DNA from: Balanoglossus misakiensis
Lineage: Eukaryota > Animalia > Hemichordata
DNA: 64,000 nucleotides
Assembly: GCA_040954595.2 (NCBI GenBank)
Contig: CM082596.2
Span: 1 to 64,000, forward strand
Direction: 5' to 3'
A program made the position numbers and the translations under genes. Numbering within the stretch: the stretch's first letter is position 1; every line of letters begins with the position of its first letter. The notes beneath the pieces are model-generated. The model did not search any database. It had not been told where the DNA came from and was given only the letters and a program-made list of their open reading frames with translations. This document shows, piece by piece, positions 23,678 through 35,600 of the stretch.

Positions 23678-26600
23678 CTAAATGGAAACAAAATACAAAT
23701 GTATGTTAAAGCATCACAGACACTTTGATCATGTTTGCTCAGAATTCTTATATATATATTGGTTATATTTGGACTTACACTGATCTATTTCCAACACATA
23801 CCCACAAGGGCATCTCCAGCATCAGATATATATAATTTATAAGATAATACATGTAGATGTATTATTTTCACAGAATACATTCCAATAACCCCCAAAGCTA
23901 ACAGTCAGAGAGATTGGATGAGCAGACACAGTTGCCAAAAAGTGAATTATTTTCATAACATGTTCATACATAATCATGAGAATGCTCCAGGACCCTAAAA
24001 ACCAAATTGTAAGGAAATTGGACAAACCATTTCATTTTACCACTAATAGCCATGCTAAAACAGTATTTTACGATTGCAAGATTGAGCTCTTATCCAATCA
24101 GAATGCATGGTGGATGATGGCATGATATAATATAATATAATTTTTCATATTACGTTTTGTCTTTGGCATTTAATATGTATATATTCTATTTTTGTCATCT
24201 TTTCTTGCCCTTTAAAAAATCAACAACAAAAAGGGGTCAGGTACGGCCCGATTTCATGCCCATAAACCTGGGAAGACCACGTGATCATAAACAAGATGGA
24301 TGCCTCCAATGTCCGTACATCAGTCAAGATTTATCCAGGCAGTTTATTTTGTTTCGTTTGTTGTAAAGTTGGAAATCAAATGATAAACATTCATGGAGGT
24401 GAAGGAGAGAACGGGAAATGAGTATCTTACAACAACTTATAAACATAACAACTTAATGCTCGTATTTATTAACCAATGAGAGCCATGTTTACAATAGGTC
24501 GTGCCTGACACTTTCCCTTTAGCGTAGCGCAGCCAGAGTTGGGATTGGGGCAGGGAACCAGACTATTGAAATTTCTCCGAAGCATGCTTTATAGCAAATT
24601 TAGTCTTGATTTTACATGTATAAAGTAGTCTACCTGGGTTTTCCTTCTCTGTATGAAGGCTGTAAGTCTGATAGTGTCAAGTCTGGATAAGCTGGCAACA
24701 TCCGTTGACGTAGTACTAGCTGTCTGTATCCATGGGTTTTGAAGGCAACTTGTAGCAGATAGCCTTTCACTGTTGAAAAAAAAAGTAATTATCCAAGTGA
24801 AATGTCACAAAAAGATTTTATGCATGTACATATGTGTTTTAAACTGATGATTATTTGCTCATAGTATTCTCATACCACTTACATGGAGATTTCTCATTAA
24901 AAATTTAGGCAGCAGTATAAAAGGTATAAGATTACTCAAACTTAAAGTCAACATTCTACTTCAGCTGCTGTAACATTAGTTGCAGTTCAGTAGCTCTAGG
25001 GTTTTTTGCGTGTTGAGAAGCAAAACCAGAGCTACAGGTCCCACCAATCCAAATGTGTTTAGTTTGTCAAACATTAGGGAGCTAAATTCACGGCTGTCTT
25101 TGGTCGTTTTACAGCATATCTAATCTTTTTTATGTCAAGGATGCCAAGTTATATCATTGTTTTAAAAGTTTTCGTGGGTATGTGGTTGACCTCTCACCAA
25201 CTTACCTTTTTATTTATTTTATTTCATTTTTGATTCTAGCTGCATGTACACATAGTTTTATTTCTAAATGCACATGGGTGTGCTTATCAAAGATGCCCAT
25301 CAACTAGATGGAAGCCTGCAGTCGGGTAAAAATGTGAGAATATGACATCACCATTCAAACACAGCATCCACTACAGTTGGTGAGAAATCAACCATTGGCC
25401 TACAAAAACTTGTAAAACGACATTGAATTGGACTTTTAACCTGGCATTCTTGACAGGGTAGGTGCATAATTGGATCGGAAGGTGAACCAACATAAAAAAA
25501 GAAGGTAAGATTTGCAGGAGAATGTCCCCTGATGGCACCGACCTCCATGGCGTTCAGCCCACAGTGTATTTTCAGTTCAGTTGGTTCTGTAGCTCTGGTT
25601 TTGCCGTCGCAAACACAAACAAAACCAAAAGCTACTGAACTGCACCTACTACAACATATGCATTTCGTGTTCCTTTGACTCATAATTTGTTAACCTTTAC
25701 TATATTAATAAAATATGACCAGAAATAATTGTATCAGTTTCAGTGTTTATGTACGTAAAAGGCAAACAAGTTACTAATGATGTATCAACGAAATCTCAAC
25801 AAACCTTGGATCTTCTTTAAGCAGCGCTGATATGAAATTTCTGGCTTCTTGGCTGATATTGGTGAAGTATTCATGTGGAAAGCTGAAGTCAACCTTGGCA
25901 ATGTTGACACAGGTTTCTTCCACACTTTCATCAAGGAATGGTGAAACTCCACTCAGCCTATAATTATTAAGTTCATGTCAAATCATTTTACAAGAAATTG
26001 ATTGTTTCTTCATTTACAGGGAAAATTAATTGAGTGTCCGGTTTTGATTTCTGGGTTTGACAACTTTCTTTATCGCTGGCCAGTACAGAAGTCAAACATT
26101 GTAGCAAGTTGAATTCCAAAGGGAGCGTACGCATATTGTCTCTGCAATCCATCGCTTCACTGCACACGTACGCACAACCAGACTTCGCACGCAATTTGTT
26201 TTTAAACTTTCATGCTTTTTTAATAAACCTTCAAACGTTGAACAAGAAAATTCCAGTGGTAGTTCATGTTAAACAGTTGAGTTGTGACCGATAATAAACT
26301 GAGTATACAGACGCCATGAAAAGAAATGGAAGTTGAACTTCCACATTGTCCACCCGCATGACAAAGTACAACGCTTTCCAAACGCTGAACTCAAAACAAT
26401 CAACATGACTGAACTTTAAATCGTATCATGACTGCCGATGTTTCAGATTACTATTCATCTACTGTTATATAACCAGTGTTTCCGTCAAATATTTTGCTGT
26501 ATCTTGGGGCAAGTGATTTCCCTGACGTCATCATATACAGCGACAGACAGTGTGGCATGAAGGAGACCGCGAAATCGGTCTGCTTTCAAGAGTTTTTTTA

Positions 26601-29600
26601 CTTTACCGAAACAGTGTTCGACGGGGTTCAGATCGGGAGAATATGCCGGAGTGAAAGTGTTATCCATTCCAAGAGTTTCCAACCAGTTTGGGAGAATCAG
26701 TTCGCCTTCGTGGTGATGTATCGGAGCACTGTCAGCAATCACGATGTCACCTTGTTTCTTAAAGTCCTTCGTTCGCCTTTGGGCTTTCTTCATCCCGCAA
26801 ACCCAGTTTTGAACTGGGTGTTTGTAGTTTTGCAACGGCGTTCAGCAACATTCTCCGGTGAACATCACTAACTTTACACGTGAACTTCTCCAGATCTCTT
26901 GGTTTCAGAAATTTCATATGAGTTGTGTTCACAAAATCCAACCGACGAAAATTGCTGGCATATTTTTCAAGCATTGGATCAATATTTCGAAGAAAGTCTT
27001 CAACATCAACCGAACTTACTCTGGGTGTGTTCATTTTGCGGGAACTTGCAGGTACTGTTTACGCACGTCGCGGCCAACTTTCCAGTTTCCGCCTTCTTGG
27101 CACAATATTTGCATAAAAGTATCGACTTTTCTTCGCCAGAGATCGACTATTTTTTATGAGGGGTATGGGCCGCGAGCGTACATTCTCACACTTGCATTTG
27201 TTACTCATCTTGTCGGAAGAGTTTGCAAAATTTGGAGAACTAGTCAATATTTTCCAAAAATTCACCAAATATTAGGCCACCAAGATTACTCGCGTAATAT
27301 TGAACGTTTCAATGAAAGAAAAACGATGGGTATGGCTCTCTCTGCTGGTTTGGTTTCTTCCATTGCAGCATGTCCATGATTGCAGTCAACAATTCTGATG
27401 AGTGAGAGCGCCAAAATGTTTCAATCAAAGGTAGGCAATTTCAACATGGACATTCGTTGAGTAGAGATCTGCGAACACTTTTTTTGTCTGAACTTGAAGA
27501 AAATGGAGCAGACAAAAATACAGGATATATTCCAAGGGGTACTTTAGCATCTGTCAGCAAAAAGTTCAAGTTGGATGACCGAGGTATATTCTCTCTATCT
27601 GAACCCCGTCGAACACTGTCAGTAAAGTGAAAGACTCCTTCATGCCAACCTGTCTGTCGCTGTATATGATGCCGTCAGGGAAATCACTTGCCCCAAGATA
27701 CATGTACAGCAAAATATTTGACGGAAACTGGCTATATAATAGTAGATGAATAATCTGAAACATCGGCAGTCATGATACGATTTAAAGTTCAGTAATGTTG
27801 ATTGTTTTGAGTTCAGCGTTGTCTAACCCTGCGTACAGGTCTGTGTGTTCCCGGCGTTACACGGTGTAACGCCGGGAACACACAGACCTGTACGCAGAGC
27901 TATACTTTGTCATGCGGGTGGACAATGTGGAAGTTCAACTTCCATTTCTTTCCATGGCGTCTGTATACTCAGTTTATTATCAGTCACAAATTAACTATTT
28001 AACATGAACTACCACTGGAATTTTCTTGTTCAACGTTTGAAGGTTTATTTTAAAAAAAAGCATGAAAGTTTAAAAACAAATTGCGTGCGAAGTCTGGTTG
28101 TGCGTACGTGTGCAGTGAAGCGATGGATTGCAGAGACAATATGCGTACGCTCCCTTTGGAATTCAACTTGCTACAATGTTTGACTTCTGTACTGGCCAGC
28201 GATAAAGAAAGTTGTCAAACCCAGAAATCAAAACCGGACACTCAATTAATTTTCCCTGTAGCTTATTTTTTGTCAACGACTTCAAAGAATTCATAAGCTC
28301 AAAGTCTCTCCATTTCCGAAGAGTTTCCCCATTTTTCAATGGTTTTCGAAGAGTAATGAGTAATTGAGATCCTAAATGTCAATTTTATGATTGTGCAGTA
28401 AACATGCCAGCTGTAGTCAGCGAACTTCAAACAATTTAATAATAATTTGATGATTGCATTTTCATTTACCCATGATATAATTTTTTTGAAAATGTGTTCT
28501 CATTGCAAGGATTTTTTAAAAGAAATAACAAAACATTCCAAGAATATAAAAACTGTGTTCTTCATTCAAAGAATCTCAAAGGAATTAATTTTGGAGTCAG
28601 GCAACTGAATTCTATATCCAATTTACCAGTATCCCACATTTTTCAACAGTTCCAATAAGTCTTTTTTTTTGCAACAACATGTATCAACTATGCTAAGGTG
28701 AGTTCTAAATAAAATGGACTGACATGAATAAAAGATAGTACATTTAATACATACATGACATATGCCAAAACACCCAGGCTCCTATGGAAAAACAGTAAAG
28801 TAAGTCAGAATCAATTGAAAATCCAACAGTGATGGTTAAACATCAGGGCGGTAATAGAGCATCCACAACAGATAGTCTGGGTCACCGAGACTAAGTATTG
28901 GCTAATTTTGTTTTAGCGTTGTCAATCATTAATTAATGACCCTATTAAATATGTTTACAATATTATATCCAATGTACAATGCGTGATGAGCAGAATATTG
29001 ATATACTAATTTTGTTACACATTGTTGAAAACATCTGTGAACTTACCAGATATCTGTGTTAAGACATACTGGATGACCATTAACAAGTTCAGGTGCAGCA
29101 AATTCAGGGCTTCCTACCAAACTATGTACATACATCTTAGTGGTGATATGTACAGCATCACCAAAATCTATCAGTTTGACTCTGCAACTGACATTATTGG
29201 CTTCGATCATGAAATTTTCTGGCTGCAAATGAAAGAAAAACCAAGAGTACCTGAATATATATGTAACTGATCTTAGCTTGCTATCAGAAAATGGCAGAAA
29301 AAATCTACAATAACCTCAAAAGGCAAAATATATTTCAAGTCAACTCTGATGACTTAAAGTAAAAATACTAACCTTGATATCCAGATTTACAATTCTACAG
29401 TTATGAATATACTGCAGAGCCTGTACAATCTGCTGTAGGTACCCAACTGCCATGCTTTCCGTGAAAAGGGGCTGACTAACAATGTAATCAAACAGTCTGC
29501 CATTGGGAATCCTGCAAAATAGAAGAAAATACACTTTAAATATGTCTCTGATGTTACCTGCAGGAAAATATTCATTTTGTTTTTAGAACATCTCGCACCA

Positions 29601-32600
29601 CATGTAGGAAAAGGTAATGTCATTCTTTTCTTAAATCTGATCCATTTTCTGATTCGCAGAATATAATCCTGTGTAGCTTTTTCAAATTAATGTCACAAAA
29701 AATGTACATTTTCTGTACTGTTGTTGGTTAAACATTTGTATGATGGGTTTAGATTTAACTTACAGCTCTATTATGATGACAGAATTCAAGGCTGTGTCAA
29801 ATGCATCATAATATTCACAAATCTGAGGGTGTTGTAAACTTCTTAGAATTGTGATTTCCATCTCAACTTGGCTCTGTTGCATTAGTTTCTTACTGATGAA
29901 TTTAGCTGCAACTTCCCGCCCAGTAGTCAGCTGTACACACTTTTTCACCAAGGAGAATCTTCCCCTATAGAGATGGACAAAAAGACCGCATCAATATCAA
30001 TCACTCAACACTCACTCAGGACAGCATGGTACTCGGCTGTTTAAAGAGATGGTTTAAATTACATGTGAATACTTTTACAAAACCCATTTTCTGATTGGCT
30101 CTGTTTCGCCAGCCCTGGAACTGGCTGATGAATAATTATAAATATGCAAAAAATATCACAACCTCTTCTGGCAATGCACGGCTGTTCCATGGTGAGATCA
30201 CTGACATTTCATGACCATCTCATTCAAAATTTTCACAAACACACACACGCATACACACATACTATGTATAGATTGACAGCCAGACACACATGCACGGACA
30301 TTATAAGCCAATATGATCAGCTTCTTTTAGCATTTTCATGAATGCAAATAGCAGCTAAAAAATTACCCTTACCTTCCCATTTCCCCCAATTCTGAAAATA
30401 CAGAATCAAAGTTTTTCTGCCATTGCATTGATTGTGGTTGAACATCAGAACCATCTACAAAAATATAGAGAAAATTACATTGTTTGGGCCTCACTGTTCA
30501 ATTGTTATTTCTCAGTCATGTTTGGTCAGATGTAGTCAAGCATCTAGCCATGTTTTCTCCCTGCTTTGCTTCCTAGCCATATTTAGTCCGCTTCGCTACC
30601 AAAAGTAATGTCTGGAAATTGTGATGTAGCTAGCATCCCTTCGAAGTCAATCAAAGACTTTGGTTTTCCAAAGATTGAACTACCTACCAACTTTAGAAAT
30701 GGTGATCAGTTCTGATGGATCACTAGGAGGGCTTATACCAATTTCATTATGTGCACTGATTCGGAATCTGTAGGCAAATCCTGGATTGAGATCTTCCATC
30801 ATGAATTGGAGATCTATGGCTGCAACTACTGCTAATTGCCATTTACTGGGTCCTTTGCCTGCAAATAAGTCAACAATAGAAATGAAGTTGCTGTGTATAC
30901 ATGTAGCTCTCCAAGTACATTGGAGGTGGAAGTTCTAAAAGAGGAGACACATACATAAGATGAAACTTGTCTGTTAGAGACACACATAGTCAAAGTGCTA
31001 TGGAGATGCTAGCAGTGCATGGAAAGGCTCTCACAGATTGCTGGCTTGTATTCTCCATACCGTCACATCAGTACAGTAATGTATACATCAAACATTGCAC
31101 ACACAAGAAGATCATATCACTTTAACCCTTTCTGCTCTGACCTGCTGGTGACCTAGGATTCCATTCAGATGTTTTCTTCTTAGCCAGCTTCAATGGATTA
31201 CTTAGTTGTTCTTGATTTGAAGGACATACATGTACTTACCAGTTGCAGCTTGTTCCATGAATTCTATTGTATATGCTGTTACAGAGGAGTTACCGGTATG
31301 ATATGGGGGTTCCCACTGAACTAAAACACATCCACCAGGCTTCTCTCGAACTTTGGGTCTTCCTGGCAGACCAGGTTTACCTGTTAATGAATCAAACTTT
31401 CATCTTAAGATGATTTCACTGAGAAAGACAATCAATTTCTATATTTTAAACCCAAATAGCTTTATTTAGGTAATCTTAAACACACTACATTCACACACAT
31501 ATGAAATCACAACGAAAAAACCCTCAATTTTCTCAGAACTGTTACATTAGATCAGGTTATTACCTTATTCAAGATTAATTCAGTTCAAATACAAAGATAT
31601 GAGCACTTAGTTTTTGCAGTGACAAATGGATATACACAGAGACACATGCACAAGCCAAGGAAATTGCTAAAAGAAAAAAACTGGATTTATACTCTGGTTG
31701 TTTTACATCCACCAGTGAACATTGATGTTATCAAAATCTGTTGTTCATCTTTTAGATCATTTGTTTTGAAGATCAGGGAAAAAAAAGTGTATAAAATGAA
31801 AAACTTTTCAATCAAAATGCTAGTTTGTCTCTAAACTAATATCAGGCAAATGTCAGTGCAATGTCCCTGGTAACATCATGCTGTAGAGAGTTCAAATTAC
31901 CTTGCACTGTGAGCATACCAGTACTGGTCGTTGTCCCAACATCATTGGTTGCTGTACAGGTGTATTCTCCGATGTCTTTCCATGAACAACCAATGATTTC
32001 TAAAGTAGCTACACCTTGATCTGTGTATGACATATTCATCCTGGCATTGGGTGAGAGGAGAGTGGTGTCTGGTGCACGCCATTTGATGGTTGGTCTGGGT
32101 TTGCCACAGACTTTGCAGCTTAGAACTGTATTGTTACCATCTTTCACATACACATCTGTTAATGGTTCATTGAACTCAGGTGGCACTGTTCAAATGGAGA
32201 TAAGACCAGGAAATCATCTTCATTTTAAGTTCTATTCTAACTGTAGACCCACTATCAAAGGTTTCCTTAATTGAACCAATGCCTATAAAATCATACATAC
32301 ATACATACATACATACATACATACATACATACATACATACATACATACAGACATACATACATACATACATACAGACATACATACATACATACATACATAC
32401 ATACATACAGACATACATACATACAGACAGACAGATGCAACCATTCCCAGTAGCTAGGTCCCAATGGTAATATATACACATATCAAATGCAACCTAGAAC
32501 TCACCTTCATAGATGAAACCTGGATTAAGGAGCTGGTGGTCAAGAAAAAAGGAGTATTTTGTAAATGAATATTTATATTGATTGTATTTTGTAAATTTAT

Positions 32601-35600
32601 TTTCATTGTAAAAACAGTCTGCTTTGTGAATGGCTGACAACCATCTTATGCACATACATGTATGCGTAATTTCGTGTGTACAAACATTACGCCCAAGCCA
32701 CATGCTCTGCAAATTTTGCATTCAATGAATTAAATAAATAACTGAACAAGCACTTTCTGAGATTTTTATTGATTAACTGGCCTAAAAACAAACATAAGTT
32801 CAGTCAAAATCAGGTCCTATCTTGGGACCCATACAACAAATATTAAACCAATCAGATGAGTGTCAACTTCACTACTTCATTTCTTTTATTGTCCCATGAT
32901 TTGAACGCAACACAATCTATCACATGGTTTGACTGTAACCACTTGTTTTATCACCTAGTTTCCTTTTTGGTTAACTTACCTTAACTGTGACCTTTGACCC
33001 ATACAAACCATCTTTATCATCATATTTCCTTTCAAACAGACCATCGTCCATACTCCTTCCTTCTTTGCGTCCCTTGAAAAACTTCAGTCCTTTTGTCTTA
33101 GGTTTTCTGAAAGACAGACATAATAAAAATACTACAGCTTCCCAGTCACCAAAAATATCTTTCTAAACCCATAACCCAAAATATTCCCTAGTTACAGGAT
33201 TCAATGAAAAGCCGACTGCTTTCACAGAACTAGAAACACATTCCAAATGTGAATCTAGACAATACACTAAAATAGAAAAATTATTCCCTGCCAACCTGCC
33301 ATTTAAATGACCACCCTTACAGCATTGGAATGTACTTGTGTTCACTTCTAGTATTTGATCTATCAATGCAGTCACATTTATAATGATGAATTCAATATGA
33401 CTATTACACATGATATGTACGGTACATTAAGATTTAGAAATGAGAAAGGACAAACACTAGCAGATTTTTTGTATTTTACAACCCAAGGAAGGATCTTGTC
33501 TGCTTTTTCTTGGCTCTGACAAACAGACAGTTCAGCCTAGAAAAAACAGACCAGATATTCAGCTGGGATTGACACACATTTGGGTGATAAATGTGCTTTA
33601 AGTTTGATATCATGTGTCTCAAAAGAAGTTCTAACAAGACAATAGATTACAGCACAACCAGTGGAGCATGGAGGAGTCACCTACAATTGTGGACTTATTC
33701 ATGCATTTTTTTTCTCTCACATCACATCAATGAAGCACATATAAAACTAATAAGCAGTCAGTAACATCCATAGATGGGATGCATTGCAGTTGTATGACAT
33801 TGGAAACGGGAAAATGTAATTCAACATGTTTTCACTTTTAAAGCTGACAAGAAAGAGAGGAACTTATAAAATAAATGCTGTCGCTTTTTATTCCAGAGTA
33901 TGTGGTTGCAACCTCTTGTCACAAAATTCATCCTCCACCATACCGCTATCTATATTAAACAATTTCTGACAAACCCACAACATATAAAACAAATTAATGC
34001 ACCTTCTACCAATCAACCATCTAATTAGTCTCCATACCAACCAACCAATCATATACCTTTGTAACACGCAAACCCCTCTACTGACTAAATTCAAAATTCA
34101 CCACTGGTGGCAGTGGACTAATGAAACCAGTGCAACACTTGGACAATGCTACCAACAGTGAAAGATGGACCCTTCTCACAGCAACTGTCCCATTGTCACA
34201 ACAGCAAGTCTCATTGTTCCATGTGAAATCTCTCTAAGTTGGGAATGGCCATTACACCTACCACACTCCCAAAGACAAAACTGGAATTTTCAATGATGGT
34301 AAAAATAAAGAACCATAGAGAGACCTATTTTGTTTTCAACCGAATTAACAATTCAAATTTTCCATGAGGGTTGATCTGGATTATTTATCATTCTCCAAAG
34401 ATGGATGCTAACAAATATGACTTGCTGGTGTGTAAAATTATTAATAACTAAAATCAACTCCCTGGCAACAATAAACAGCAACACGTCATACAATTTGCGC
34501 ATTATGCAACATAACAGTGAGCTTTTTAAGAAGCTTATAGTTTGCCATCTGCAGTCCACTATTGTACCAGCACATTCAATTTCAATGCCACTAATCTGTG
34601 CAACCACTCTGCACCTTCATGGACTTCAGGTATTAAAATGTGAGGGATACATTGTAGAAAATTTGAATTGTGCCACTTTTGGTAACACCAACTGCTAGTA
34701 AGCAAATAAGGTTGATGTTAATTGGGTAAAAGAATGACTTTATGCTGTAAAGTGGTATGAGAAGGTAAGTATTAATGGATTAAATTAATACACAGAAAAT
34801 TTATGTTTGTCATGAAGAAATGATAATGAAAATGATATAATCACTTGTTTGCCAGTGTGATAATTTCAGTTATTATATAGTACATTTGCTGTTCACCAGG
34901 CAGGCAATACTACTTATCTATCCAAAATGTGCCATAATCTGATTTGCTAACTTTTTTATGAGCTTTGCAGTCGGCAACGTCAAAGTTAATGCATTAACAA
35001 GTATGCAGCATGGAGACAGTCTACTGTATAAAACATGCATCAGTAAGAAAAAGAACATTCATGGTAACTTAGATTATGAATAGTTGGACATGAGGTAATA
35101 CTAATGTCACACAACACAAGAGCAAATCATGGGACCCAAGGTCTCAGCTACCAACATTGTAGCATAGGCCATTGGATTTCCTCAAAGGTAACACAAACAA
35201 TGTGAATAGATTGTGACCTTGTCTGTTAAGGTAGTAATTATGATGCATTTTCATAACTGTGCATGAAGACATGCAATAAACAGGGTTCAGTTTTGCATGG
35301 TTCCATTGGCATGAAATGCATTCACATATATTGCCACAAAGGAGAACTAGAGCTGGAGGTAATAAATGAAAATAAATAAGATACCTGGCAACTAATAATC
35401 ATACTATTCACATGAATACCGTAGTAAATTGTCCTTTGTTACAATATAATATACATATACCGATAGTTATCTACTTCTTTATTTCAGTAAATATTCATTC
35501 ATCTGTATATTTATTATTATTAGGCACCAATATTAACATGGTACAGATAAGGTTTATTGTCATAGTGATCTGTCAGTATGTGAATGTGGTGCATTACGAA

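Larger units (their letters stand above)
26017..28258. mobile_element. IS630/Tc1/mariner DNA transposon, D37E spacing (TRT/L31-like), internally deleted, with very long TIRs and a second ORF
   Basis: TA at 26015-16 and 28259-60. Ends CAGGGAAAATTAATTGAG / CTCAATTAATTTTCCCTG. TIRs ~26017-26650 and ~27583-28258. Transposase motif D-SAPIH...SPDLNPV-E has 37 intervening residues. Confidence 0.93.

Noticed and set aside
26858-27379. 173-aa plus-strand ORF
   Set aside because: Antisense to the SAM ORF, GTG start, no recognisable motif.
25988-28296. Duplicated 68/71-aa ORFs MRAKSGCAY...
   Set aside because: Chance frames in the identical outer TIRs, with TTG starts and running out of the element.
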